Part shown: piece by piece, positions 17,851-27,172 of the stretch
Layout of the letters: each line of letters starts with the position of its first letter
How positions within the stretch are numbered: position 1 is the stretch's first letter
Source of the DNA: Kiritimatiellia bacterium
GTDB lineage: Bacteria > Verrucomicrobiota > Kiritimatiellia > PWTM01
Length of the DNA stretch: 64,000 bases
Reading direction: 5' to 3'
NCBI GenBank assembly: GCA_026417735.1
Contig: JAOACR010000009.1
Location: 139,641 to 203,640 of the forward strand
The notes under the pieces: generated by a model
Databases searched by the model: none
Seen by the model: only the letters and a program-made list of their open reading frames with translations
Told to the model about the DNA's origin: nothing
Made by a program: the position numbers and the translations under genes

Positions 17851-19125
17851 ATGCCGGATCCCATCGCCTGGCGAGACGGGGAGCTCTGGATCGAGGAGGT
17901 CCCTGCGGCCCGACTCGCGGCCGACCACGGCACGCCGCTTTATGTGTACAGCCGCCACTACATCGAGCAGCAGTACCGGCGGCTGCAGCAGGCGCTGGCC
18001 GAAGTCGAGCCACGGATTCACTTTGCGCTCAAGTCGAACGGAAATCTTGCGATCGTGCGAATTCTCGCGCGACTGGGCGCGGGGGCGGATATCGTCTCCG
18101 GCGGCGAGCTCGAACGGGCACGACGAGCCGGTGTGCCTCCCGCCGCAATTGTGTTTGCCGGCGTCGGCAAAACCGTCGCGGAAATCCGGGCCGCATTGTG
18201 CGCGGACATCGGCGGATTCACCGTCGAATCCGAGCCCGAACTGAAACGCATTTCCGACTGCGCCATCGCGCTCGGCCGCACCGCGCGCATCGCGATCCGG
18301 GTGAACCCGGACGTGGACCCCGATACACACGTCTACACCACCACCGGCCGGCGTGAAACAAAGTTCGGCGTAGACCTCGAACGCGCCGCCCGGGCGTTCG
18401 AGATCGCGGCCACGCTGCCGGGCCTAGAAATTGCCGGCCTCCACATGCACCTGGGCTCACCGCTCGCCGACGAGCGGCCCTATGCGGAAGCGCTGGACAA
18501 GGTCGCGCCGCTGTGCCGCCGGCTGGCCGCTCGCTTTTCCACTTTTCGCACGCTCGATCTCGGCGGGGGGTTTGGCATTCCTTACCGGCCTCGTCAGCCC
18601 GAGTTCCCGCTCGAAGCGTTCGCCGCGGCGATCGTTCCGAGGATCCGCTCGCTGGGGCTGAGTCTCGCGATTGAGCCGGGGAGGTTCCTCACCGGCAACG
18701 CGGGGGTGCTGCTCACGACGGTCCAGTACGTGAAAGACAATCCTCTGCGAAAATTCGTCATCGTGGACGCCGGCATGAACGACCTGATCCGCCCCCCACT
18801 CTACAGTGCCTGGCATGACATCCGGCCGGTGCGGCCGCGCGCCGGCCCCCGCATCCATGCGGACGTGGTGGGACCGGTGTGCGAATCGGGCGACTTCCTC
18901 GGCAAGGACCGCCACCTCCCCCCCATCGAAGAAGGCGATCTGCTCGCCGTGATGAGCGCGGGCGCCTACGGCATGACGATGGCGTCGAACTACAACGGCC
19001 GCGGACGCCCGGCCGAGGTGCTGGTGGATGGTGCGCGCACCGCGGTGATCCGCGAACGCGAAACGACAGAAGACCTTGTGCGCGGCGAGCGGATTCCGGA
19101 CTGGCTCGCCGGCCCGCCCGGCTGA
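17851..19125 (+). CDS. lysA: diaminopimelate decarboxylase
   Basis: Lies in ORF 17089..19125. The ATG at 17851 gives MPDPIAWRDGELWIEEVPAARLAADHGTPLYVYS.... FALKSN (PLP Lys), HMHLGS, DLGGGFGI and VGPVCESGD are typical LysA motifs. The upstream 254 codons overlap the previous gene. Confidence 0.92.
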   Translation: MPDPIAWRDGELWIEEVPAARLAADHGTPLYVYSRHYIEQQYRRLQQALAEVEPRIHFALKSNGNLAIVRILARLGAGADIVSGGELERARRAGVPPAAIVFAGVGKTVAEIRAALCADIGGFTVESEPELKRISDCAIALGRTARIAIRVNPDVDPDTHVYTTTGRRETKFGVDLERAARAFEIAATLPGLEIAGLHMHLGSPLADERPYAEALDKVAPLCRRLAARFSTFRTLDLGGGFGIPYRPRQPEFPLEAFAAAIVPRIRSLGLSLAIEPGRFLTGNAGVLLTTVQYVKDNPLRKFVIVDAGMNDLIRPPLYSAWHDIRPVRPRAGPRIHADVVGPVCESGDFLGKDRHLPPIEEGDLLAVMSAGAYGMTMASNYNGRGRPAEVLVDGARTAVIRERETTEDLVRGERIPDWLAGPPG

Positions 19126-19561
19126 AGTTCCACGCGACGCTCCGCACCACAATCGCCGATCAGGCCGCTCAATCCCTTCGCCGGACTCCCACGCGCGCCT
19201 CACCGTCTTGCCGCCCACGCCCAGCTGTCCGGTTGGCCGCACCAGCCCTCTCTGTGCGAGTTTCAAGATGACGACGCTTCTGTTCAGCGGGGAACGAGGC
19301 GGGCGAGGTCTGCGGTGGCCGGCCTGGCTGCGGACTATCGCCGAACGGCGTGATGGTTCGCCGTAGCGGCTCGAGGGAGTGGACGTCCGGCTCGTTGCAT
19401 CGCGGGGTGGAAGGGACCGCGCAACGCGGCCGCAGCCGTCAACGACCCAGCCGACACCGGTGAGTTACATGTCCCGCGCGCACCCTACCCACAGCGCCAT
19501 CACGGAGCGAGCCGCAACGTCCCGGGGTGTCTCCCACGCCGGGGACGGTCCGCCGGTGAGC

Positions 19562-21088
19562 TCAGGGGAGACCGATCGTTTCAATTGGCATCCTGCGAAT
19601 GATCGCCACCGCGGTACGTGCGCGCCGAGCAAGTTCGGGATAGTCGTCGCGGTAGGTGAAGGCAAAGCGCTCGAGCACGTCGGCGGCTTCTTCGTCACGT
19701 CCCTGCTGGTGCAGCGTCAGCCCCAGATTGTAAAGCGCGTGTAGCGCACTGACCTCCTCCAGCAGCGCGGCACGGTAGAGTTCCTCCGCCTCGCGGTACT
19801 GCCCCACGCGGTAGAGCGCGTTCGCCAGCAGCACCCGCACGGTGCCATTGGTCGACCGCGAGCGGGCAAGGAACTCGCGGTACAACGTGATCGCCTGCTG
19901 GTGGTCACCTGCAACGTAGCGTTCGCGCGCGAGGTTGAGCAGCGCCTCGCCAGTGGCGCCCGGCAGCGATGGCCGCCGTATCATATAGACGCCGCTGGCC
20001 ACAAGGATCCCCACGCCGGCCAACGATGCGGCGCCGGCCAGCCACAGCCTCCGAGCCGACGGCACCGCCGACCGTGCCGGCAGTTGATCGCGTAGCGACG
20101 CAGCCAGCACCGCCGCCACCGCGCCTGCGACCTCCGTTGCCGCCCACGGTGCGGCGGCCGCTGCCGCCGCGCGCTCCCGCCACTCCGGCCCGAGCATCAC
20201 CGTATGCTCGGTCAACGCCAGCCAGATCAACGCCTGCTGTCGGCACAGCACTGGAGGAGGCAACGGGTCCTCCGCCCACCGCTCCCAGGCCGGGAACGAG
20301 GCGGTGGCCGGATCCCACCAGCGGCCAAGCTCGTCCAACAGCCGCCGCCGCCGCGAGGAATCCAGCCGCGGACATAGCAGCGGCACAAACATTGAAAGAG
20401 TTCGACGCGCCACCGGTCGTCCCTCCGCCGACCGGTCGCGATATTCGCCGCTCTCCGGATCAATGTGGAGCTGATCGAGCCGCCGGGCGAGCTCTCTGGC
20501 CCGCGCGCCAAACCGCAGCCGCACCGCCCCGCCCGCATTCGAGCGCTCTGCCAGCGCCAGACACGCCTCAACCTCCGAGCGAAGCATCGCCGCCAGATCC
20601 ACCGGCCACACCGCTGGACTCCACGTCTCGGCCAGCCAAGCATCCGCCGCAGAGGGCCACTGCGGTGCGGCGCCCTTCTCCAGCCCGAAGTACCGCCACG
20701 CCCACTCGACGTGACGCTCCGCCGCCGGCAACACCACCGCGGCATAATCAGAAGGAGGAAACTCGCCCGCGGCCAGATCCGCGGCTCGAACAAACAGCGG
20801 CCATGCCGGTCTGGGATCAGAGGCGTGCCCATCTTCCCGCACACGCCTCGGAAACGAGCCGTCTGGATGCTGCACTGCAGCCGCAGAAAGCACCAGCTCG
20901 CGCGCGATCTCCGGCGAACGCAGACGCCAGGCCGCACAGAGCAGCAGAAGATCGCAAAGATCAAAAACTGCCTCTCCCTGACTTCCGGCCGCCACCGACG
21001 CACACCACCGGCCCGGAAACACGCCCGACGGCTGGCGGAGTACCGACTCCAGCCGCGCCCACGCAGCTGCCAGAGCCTCGTCACTCAT
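19562..21088 (-). CDS. hypothetical protein: helical N-domain (alpha/alpha-barrel-like?), one TM, C-terminal TPR repeats
   Basis: The ATG at 21088 (MSDEALAAAW...) is preferred over the longer ORF start. TM RLWLAGAASLAGVGILVASGVYMI. TPR-like AITLYREFLARS...ANALYRVGQYREAEELYRAA...YNLGLTLHQQGRDEEA. Confidence 0.65.
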   Translation of the reverse strand: MSDEALAAAWARLESVLRQPSGVFPGRWCASVAAGSQGEAVFDLCDLLLLCAAWRLRSPEIARELVLSAAAVQHPDGSFPRRVREDGHASDPRPAWPLFVRAADLAAGEFPPSDYAAVVLPAAERHVEWAWRYFGLEKGAAPQWPSAADAWLAETWSPAVWPVDLAAMLRSEVEACLALAERSNAGGAVRLRFGARARELARRLDQLHIDPESGEYRDRSAEGRPVARRTLSMFVPLLCPRLDSSRRRRLLDELGRWWDPATASFPAWERWAEDPLPPPVLCRQQALIWLALTEHTVMLGPEWRERAAAAAAAPWAATEVAGAVAAVLAASLRDQLPARSAVPSARRLWLAGAASLAGVGILVASGVYMIRRPSLPGATGEALLNLARERYVAGDHQQAITLYREFLARSRSTNGTVRVLLANALYRVGQYREAEELYRAALLEEVSALHALYNLGLTLHQQGRDEEAADVLERFAFTYRDDYPELARRARTAVAIIRRMPIETIGLP

Positions 21089-21587
21089 CACAATCGCTCG
21101 GTTCCGCGCACAGGGATTCAACGGAAGTATCACGCACGCCCCGCCCCGCTGACAAGAACGATCTCTCGCCACACAGCCACCGGTGCTCCGCCCCTCCCGC
21201 CGAGCCCCGCCTTGACCCCAGGTCGCTCCGCCTACCACCCCACGCCTCTGGATCACCAGGGAACGCTGACCGCAGGTCCCACACAATTCTCTCGCTCCGC
21301 ACCCGCCTCGCCCAAGCGCAGATCCGGCCGCCCCCCTCCTGATGTCGCCCCTCTTCTGGCCGCCGTCAGCCGCCCCCTCGCCCCCCCAGCGATCGCGCCG
21401 CGCCCCACTCTCCCTCCCAGAACGCTGGCCTCATGCCAGCCAATGTATCGCGCAAACTCGTTGCGTGTTACGAGCCAAACATGCCGCAGAATGTGACTAA
21501 TGAACACTTATTACGCCACGGCTGAGTCATAAAAGGCGCATGGCTTTCTGTTCAATGTTCGACTGTGAAGTTGTTGGGGGATCTCGG

Positions 21588-21615
21588 TTGACGTGAATCT
21601 TTCGTGCTTTACAAT
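21588..21615 (+). promoter_or_regulatory. sigma70-like promoter candidate for the hox operon
   Basis: TTGACG (21588-21593), 16-nt spacer, TACAAT (21610-21615). It sits in a conspicuously AT-richer patch about 65 nt upstream of the hoxF ATG. Confidence 0.55.
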
Positions 21616-21679
21616 GCGCCCTTGCGTCCGCTAGCGCACTGGGATTGGCTCGGTGGGCGGCGGCGGGGAAGGCATCGTG

Positions 21680-23497
21680 ATGACGGCGGAAATTGGGCAA
21701 ACGGTTCGGCAGATTTGCGCGGCGTACCACAATGACGCGTCGCGGCTGATGGATATCGTCGAAGCCGTTCAGAGCCGGTTCGGTTGCGTCTCCAGCGCTG
21801 CGACCGATCTGATCGCGCAAGCACTGGGCATTCCACGGGTGGAGGTGCAGAGCACGGTGTCTTTCTACTCGTTCTTGTCGGAGCGGCCAAAAGGACGAGT
21901 GGTGATCCGTCTGTGCAGCGACCCGATTGACGAAATGTTCGGCATGCTGCCGGTCGCCAGGTCGTTCGAGGAGGCGCTGGGCATCCGCGTGGGCGAGACG
22001 ACGCCGGATGGTGCAATCTCGCTGGAGTGGACACCGTGCATCGGGATGTCCGATCAGGCCCCCGCGGCTCTGATCAACGACGTGGTCGTCACGTATCTGT
22101 CCACCGACAAGGCGCGGGAGATTGTCGCGGAGCTCCGCCGCAGCGGCGATCCCCGCAAGCTCGTCCACCGGCTCGGCGACGGCCACAACGCACATCCGCT
22201 TGTGCGCTCGATGGTCCACAACAACATCCGTCGCAAAGGGCCGGTGGTGCTCGCAGACCTTCCACCCGGCGCGGCCCTGCGAAAGGCGCTGGCGATGAGC
22301 CCGGTGGAGGTCATTCGCGACATCAAGACCTCTCGTCTACGCGGGCGGGGCGGGGCGGGATTCCCCACCGGCATGAAGTGGGAGTTCACCCGCCAGGCCG
22401 AGGGCAACCGGAAGTTTGTGATCTGCAACGCCGACGAGGGCGAGCCGGGCACCTTCAAGGACCGCGTGATCCTCACCGAGTACGCGGACCTGATGTTTGA
22501 GGGAATGGCGATCGCCGGCTACGCGATCGGCGCCAAGGAGGGCATTCTGTATCTCCGCGGCGAGTATGCCTACCTCCGGCCGCTGCTGGAGCACATCCTG
22601 CAGGTGCGGCGCGACGCCGGTCTGCTCGGACGCGACATCTGCGGCAAACGCGGATTTGAGTTCGACATCCGCATCCAGCTCGGCGCCGGCGCCTACGTGT
22701 GTGGCGAGGAGACCTCGCTGCTCAGCTCCTGCGAAGGACGCCGTGGCGATCCGAAGAACCGCCCCCCCTTCCCCGCGCAGAAGGGTTATCTCGGCTGTCC
22801 GACCTCGGTGAACAACGTGGAAACGTTCTGCTGCGTCGCGCGAATACTCGACCGCGGCCCCGGCTGGTTCGCGGAGATCGGCTCGAAAGGCAGCCCGGGC
22901 ACGAAACTGTTCAGCGTCAGCGGCGATTGCGCGGCGCCGGGCGTGTACGAATATCCCTTTGGCATCACGCTGGCAGAGCTGCTGCGCGACGTCGGTGCGG
23001 AAGATGTCCAAGCGGTGCAGGTGGGAGGGCCGTCGGGCCATCTCGTCGGCCCCGACAGTTTCCACCGCCGCCTCGAGTACGATGATCTGGCGACCGGCGG
23101 CTCGATCATGATCTTCAATTCCTCCCGCGACCTGGTCCATATTGTCCGAAAGTTCCTCGAATTCTTCGCGGACGAAAGCTGCGGCTACTGCACCCCTTGC
23201 CGGGTCGGCAACGTGCTACTGCTGCGCAAGATCGAGGAAATCCTGCACGGCCGTGGCACGCCGGACGATCTGCGTTACCTCGAGGAACTCTCCACCACCG
23301 TGAAGTTCGCCAGCCGCTGCGGACTCGGTCAGACCTCGCCGAATCCGGTGCTCTCGCTGTTGCGTAACTTCGCCGAGCCGATTCGGCGGCGCGTCGCGCC
23401 GCCCGCCGGTGAGCTGCTGCCGACCTTCGACATCCGCGCCGCGCTCGCCGACACCGAGAAACTCGTCGGCCGAACGTCGGTGATCTATGCGCCCTGA
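21680..23497 (+). CDS. hoxF: NAD(P)-linked [NiFe] hydrogenase diaphorase large subunit (NuoE-like + NuoF-like fusion)
   Basis: GRGGAGFPTGMKWEF (FMN/NADH site). ESCGYCTPCRVG (4Fe-4S N3-type). The N-terminal NuoE-like thioredoxin fold appears to lack the full Cys set (RLCSDPID, TPCIGMSD). The ATG at 21680 has GGGGAAGG upstream. Confidence 0.9.
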   Translation: MTAEIGQTVRQICAAYHNDASRLMDIVEAVQSRFGCVSSAATDLIAQALGIPRVEVQSTVSFYSFLSERPKGRVVIRLCSDPIDEMFGMLPVARSFEEALGIRVGETTPDGAISLEWTPCIGMSDQAPAALINDVVVTYLSTDKAREIVAELRRSGDPRKLVHRLGDGHNAHPLVRSMVHNNIRRKGPVVLADLPPGAALRKALAMSPVEVIRDIKTSRLRGRGGAGFPTGMKWEFTRQAEGNRKFVICNADEGEPGTFKDRVILTEYADLMFEGMAIAGYAIGAKEGILYLRGEYAYLRPLLEHILQVRRDAGLLGRDICGKRGFEFDIRIQLGAGAYVCGEETSLLSSCEGRRGDPKNRPPFPAQKGYLGCPTSVNNVETFCCVARILDRGPGWFAEIGSKGSPGTKLFSVSGDCAAPGVYEYPFGITLAELLRDVGAEDVQAVQVGGPSGHLVGPDSFHRRLEYDDLATGGSIMIFNSSRDLVHIVRKFLEFFADESCGYCTPCRVGNVLLLRKIEEILHGRGTPDDLRYLEELSTTVKFASRCGLGQTSPNPVLSLLRNFAEPIRRRVAPPAGELLPTFDIRAALADTEKLVGRTSVIYAP

Positions 23498-23507
23498 GGA
23501 GTCCACC

Positions 23508-24227
23508 ATGAACCAGACGATCTCGTTCACGATCGACGGCCGCCCCCTCCGCGCGACGCCCGGCCAGACCATTCTGCAGGCCGCCGATGCGGCCGGCGTC
23601 TATATCCCGCGGCTGTGCGCACACCGGGACCTGCACCCGTTCGGCGCCTGCCGCGTCTGCACGGTGAAGGTGAACGGCCGGCCGCAGGCCGCCTGCACGA
23701 TGCCGGTCGCGGAGGGGATGGTCATCGAGAACAACACCGAGGAGCTCACCGAGCACCGCCGCCGGCTGATTGAAATGCTCTTCGTCGAGGGCAACCACTT
23801 CTGCATGTTCTGCGAGAAAAGTGGCAACTGCGAACTGCAGGCGCTCGCCTACCGCTTCGGCATCACCGCGCCGCGCTACCCCTACCTCTTCCCTCAGCGC
23901 GACGTGGACGCCTCGCACCCGGACGTGCTGCTGGACCGTAACCGCTGTGTGCTGTGTGCGCGCTGTGTCCGCGCGTCGCAGCAGCTCGACGGCAAGAACG
24001 TCTTCCAGTTCGTCGGCCGCGGCGCCAAAAAGACGCTCTGGGTGAACGCGGAACGCGAGCTCGCCGACACTGACCTCGACGCGAACGACCGCGCGGTGGA
24101 AGTCTGCCCGGTGGGTTGCATCCTCCGCAAACGCCAGGGCTACACCGTGCCGATCGGACGGCGGCTGTACGACCATGAACCGATCGGCTCCGACATCGAG
24201 CGCGCCGGCGCCGCCGCCCGGAGCTGA
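23508..24227 (+). CDS. hoxU: [NiFe] hydrogenase diaphorase small subunit, NuoG-N-terminal-like Fe-S protein
   Basis: GAGGAG SD then ATG at 23508. 2Fe-2S ferredoxin start (ISFTIDGRPL...CRVCTV). CMFCEKSGNCELQ and CVLCARCVRA 4Fe-4S motifs. Confidence 0.9.
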   Translation: MNQTISFTIDGRPLRATPGQTILQAADAAGVYIPRLCAHRDLHPFGACRVCTVKVNGRPQAACTMPVAEGMVIENNTEELTEHRRRLIEMLFVEGNHFCMFCEKSGNCELQALAYRFGITAPRYPYLFPQRDVDASHPDVLLDRNRCVLCARCVRASQQLDGKNVFQFVGRGAKKTLWVNAERELADTDLDANDRAVEVCPVGCILRKRQGYTVPIGRRLYDHEPIGSDIERAGAAARS

Positions 24228-24246
24228 GCCGGAAAGGAGATCGCCA

Positions 24247-24795
24247 ATGCCCGCCAAACCCCGCATCGCCACCTGCTCGTTGGCCGGATGCTTCGGCTGC
24301 CACATGTCCATCCTCGACATCGATGAACGCATCCTGCAGCTCATCGAGCTGGTCGAGTTTGACAGGTCGCCGATCGACGACCTGAAGGAGTTCACCGGTC
24401 GCTGCGCGATCGGCCTGGTCGAGGGCGGTTGCTGCAACGAGGAGAACGTGCGTGTGCTGCAGGAGTTCCGCCGTCACTGCGACGTGCTCGTCTCCGTTGG
24501 CGAGTGCGCGATCTGCGGCGGCATCCCCGCGATGCGCAACAACATCCCGCTCCGCGAATGCCTCGACGAGGCCTATCGCAACGGCCCCACCGTGCACAAC
24601 CCTTCCGGCGTGCTGCCGAACGATCCCGCACTGCCACTAGTACTCGACCGCGTCTACCCCTGCCACGAAGTCGTGAAGATTGACTACCACATCCAGGGCT
24701 GCCCGCCGCCGGCGGATGCGATCTGGCAGACGCTCGTCGCGCTGTTGAACCACCAGCCGGTCGAACTGCCCTACGAGGTGCTGAAGTACGACTGA
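24247..24795 (+). CDS. hoxY: [NiFe] hydrogenase small subunit (group 3, short form)
   Basis: MPAKPRIATCSLAGCFGCHMSILD with proximal-cluster Cys motifs. About 182 aa, as in HoxY. Confidence 0.9.
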   Translation: MPAKPRIATCSLAGCFGCHMSILDIDERILQLIELVEFDRSPIDDLKEFTGRCAIGLVEGGCCNEENVRVLQEFRRHCDVLVSVGECAICGGIPAMRNNIPLRECLDEAYRNGPTVHNPSGVLPNDPALPLVLDRVYPCHEVVKIDYHIQGCPPPADAIWQTLVALLNHQPVELPYEVLKYD

Positions 24796-24808
24796 TCCGG
24801 AGACCCGC

Positions 24809-26254
24809 ATGAGCACACCCGCCACGAAAACCATCGTGATCGAGCCGGTGACCCGCGTCGAAGGGCACGGCAAGGTAACCATCCAGCTCGACGAGCAGCG
24901 CCGCGTGCGCCAGGCCCGACTGCACATCGTCGAGTTCCGCGGCTTCGAACGATTCATCCAGGGCCGCCCCTTCTGGGAAATCCCGGTGCTGGTGCAGCGG
25001 CTGTGTGGCATCTGCCCGGTCAGCCACCACCTCGCCGCCGCGAAGGCGATGGACCTGATCGTCGGTGCCCGCAAGCTCACGCCGACCGCCGAAAAAATCC
25101 GCCGGCTGATGCACTACGGCCAGATGCTGCAGTCACACGCGCTGCACTTCTTCCACCTTTGTTCGCCGGACTTCCTCTTCGGCTTCGACGCAGACCCCGC
25201 GGTGCGCAATATCATCGGCGTCGCGAAAAAGTTCCCTGAGCTCGCCGTTCAGGGCGTGATGCTGCGCAAATACGGCCAGGAGGTGATCCGGGCGACCGCC
25301 GGCAAAAAAATCCACGGCACCGGCGCGATCCCCGGTGGTGTGAACAAGAACCTCTCCATCGCGGAGCGCGACGCGCTGCTGAGGGACCTCGACCAGGTGC
25401 TGGCCTGGTCCGAAAAGGCGGTGACGATCGCTCGCGACATTACGCTGAAACACCTCGAGGAGCTCGCCGCGTTCGGCTCGTTCGAGTCGAACCACCTCTC
25501 GCTCGTGCGCGCGGACGGCGCGATGGACTTCTACCACGGCAACCTTTGCGCGATCGACGCGAAAGGGCGTCCGATCTTCGACCAGGTGGACTATCAGCGC
25601 TATCTCGACTACATCGCCGAGGAGGTGCGCCCCTGGTCCTACATGAAGTTCCCCTTCATCCGCTCGCTCGGCCCCGAAGCCGGCTGGTACCGCGTCGGCC
25701 CGCTCGCACGCGTCAACCTCTGCCGATTCATCCCCACGCCGAAGGCGGAGACGGCTCGCCGGGAGTTCTTCGAGGCCACCGGTGGCCGGCCGAACAACAT
25801 GACGATGGCGTACCACTGGGCCCGGATGATCGAGCTGCTGCATGCCGCCGAAGTGATCCGCGACCTGCTGCACGATTCCGACCTCCAGGGCACGGACCTG
25901 ATCGTGCGCGGCGAGCGGCAGACCGAGGCGGTCGGGCTGATCGAGGCGCCCCGCGGCACGCTGTTCCATCACTACGTCGTCAACGAGCGCGATCAGGTCG
26001 TCCGCTGCAACCTGATCGTTTCGACCACCAACAACAACACCCCGATGAACCGCGCGGTCGAGCGCGTCGCGGAAACCTACCTCAATGGCGTCGAAATCAC
26101 CGAGGGGCTCTTGAACCGCATCGAGGTTGCGATCCGCGCGTACGACCCGTGCCTGTCTTGCGCGACCCATGCGCTCGGGCAGATGCCCCTGGTCGTGGAA
26201 GTCCTCGGGCCGGACGGCGCAGTGCTCGCGCGTCGGAGCCGGGCGGCGACCTGA
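24809..26254 (+). CDS. hoxH: [NiFe] hydrogenase large subunit
   Basis: RVEGHGKV. RLCGICPVSHH (L1 motif RxCGxCxxxH). C-terminal DPCLSCATH (L2) followed by a ~27-aa extension that would be removed by the maturation protease. Confidence 0.95.
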   Translation: MSTPATKTIVIEPVTRVEGHGKVTIQLDEQRRVRQARLHIVEFRGFERFIQGRPFWEIPVLVQRLCGICPVSHHLAAAKAMDLIVGARKLTPTAEKIRRLMHYGQMLQSHALHFFHLCSPDFLFGFDADPAVRNIIGVAKKFPELAVQGVMLRKYGQEVIRATAGKKIHGTGAIPGGVNKNLSIAERDALLRDLDQVLAWSEKAVTIARDITLKHLEELAAFGSFESNHLSLVRADGAMDFYHGNLCAIDAKGRPIFDQVDYQRYLDYIAEEVRPWSYMKFPFIRSLGPEAGWYRVGPLARVNLCRFIPTPKAETARREFFEATGGRPNNMTMAYHWARMIELLHAAEVIRDLLHDSDLQGTDLIVRGERQTEAVGLIEAPRGTLFHHYVVNERDQVVRCNLIVSTTNNNTPMNRAVERVAETYLNGVEITEGLLNRIEVAIRAYDPCLSCATHALGQMPLVVEVLGPDGAVLARRSRAAT

Positions 26255-26269
26255 GGTGTTGATCGACCC

Positions 26270-26773
26270 ATGCGCCGGCGGGTCCTGGTGATCGGTTACG
26301 GCAATCCCGGCCGCCTCGACGATGGTCTCGGGCCGGCTTGCGCGGAGGCGTTGCGCGCACGCGCAATCCCCGGCGTCACCGTCGAGAGCAACTACCAGCT
26401 CGTCGTGGAAGACGCCGCGGCCGCCGCCGGTCACGACGCTGTCGTCTTTGTCGACGCGACGGTCGACGGCCCGGAGCCGTTCGCCTGGCGGCCCACCTCT
26501 CCCCATGCCGCCACCGGCCTCGGCAGCCACACGTTGGATCCCGGCGCGGTGCTGGAGCTGACCCGCTCGGTCTTCCACGCACACCCCGAGGGCTGGATCC
26601 TCGCGATCCGCGGCTACGAGTTCGACCGGTTCGGTGAACGGCTCTCCCCCCGCGCCCGAGAGAACCTTGACGCCGCGATCGAGTTCCTCGACTCTTGGCT
26701 GCGCGCGGGCGCCGCCCCCGCGCCCGATAAGCCGCATTCGGAGGTCGTGACGGACGAGAAGGAGACGCGATGA
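26270..26773 (+). CDS. hoxW: hydrogenase maturation endopeptidase
   Basis: VLVIGYGNPGRLDDGLG N-terminus typical of HybD/HoxW proteases. It directly follows hoxH. Confidence 0.85.
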   Translation: MRRRVLVIGYGNPGRLDDGLGPACAEALRARAIPGVTVESNYQLVVEDAAAAAGHDAVVFVDATVDGPEPFAWRPTSPHAATGLGSHTLDPGAVLELTRSVFHAHPEGWILAIRGYEFDRFGERLSPRARENLDAAIEFLDSWLRAGAAPAPDKPHSEVVTDEKETR

Positions 26774-27156
26774 AAGACGGCAAGTTCGTGATCTTGTACG
26801 TGGACGATGACCAGGACTATCTCGACACGGTCCGCGCGATTCTCGAGTCCGCCGGCTATCTGATGGTCGAGGCCCACTCCGCGGAGGAGGGCATCAAGGT
26901 CTACAAGGCGCACCGGCCGGACCTGATTCTGTTAGACCTCATGATGGAAGAGGTCGACTCCGGCACCGGCATGATCAAGGAGCTGCGGCTGCTGAACAAC
27001 ACTGCGCCGGTGTATCTGCTCAGCTCCGCGGGCGACCAGCTCAACATGGTCACCAGCTACGCCGATCTCGGCCTTGCGGGCATCTTCCAGAAGCCGGTCG
27101 ACCCCAAGGTGCTGCTGCACACCATCGGCGAGCGTCTACGCCGCCCGTCGGGCTGA
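26770..27156 (+). CDS. single-domain response regulator (CheY-like receiver only)
   Basis: ATGA overlap with hoxW. VILYVDDDQDY...PDLILLDLMMEE...LSSAGD...FQKP receiver motifs. 128 aa with no output domain. Confidence 0.85.
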   Translation: MKDGKFVILYVDDDQDYLDTVRAILESAGYLMVEAHSAEEGIKVYKAHRPDLILLDLMMEEVDSGTGMIKELRLLNNTAPVYLLSSAGDQLNMVTSYADLGLAGIFQKPVDPKVLLHTIGERLRRPSG

Positions 27157-27172
27157 ACGGGAAGGCCGTTGG

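Noticed and set aside
19126-19561. 435-nt gene-free gap after lysA, and the ~530-nt gap 40950..41479 upstream of hemA, examined for ncRNA, riboswitch or small genes.
   Set aside because: I could not recognise conserved cores of RNase P, tmRNA, SRP, 6S, or the cobalamin, lysine or SAM riboswitches by eye. Only short weak hairpins (e.g. GCGTAG-CTTTCGA-CTACGC at about 41083-41101) and non-convincing mini-ORFs were found. An Rfam/Infernal scan would be needed to exclude ncRNAs.
21160-21420. G-quadruplex potential of the G-rich minus strand upstream of hox.
   Set aside because: G-runs exist (GGGGGGG, GGGGG, GGGG, GGGGGG), but the loops between them are 3, ~21 and ~11 nt. That is too long for a confident canonical G4 call, so only the compositional asymmetry is noted in the findings.
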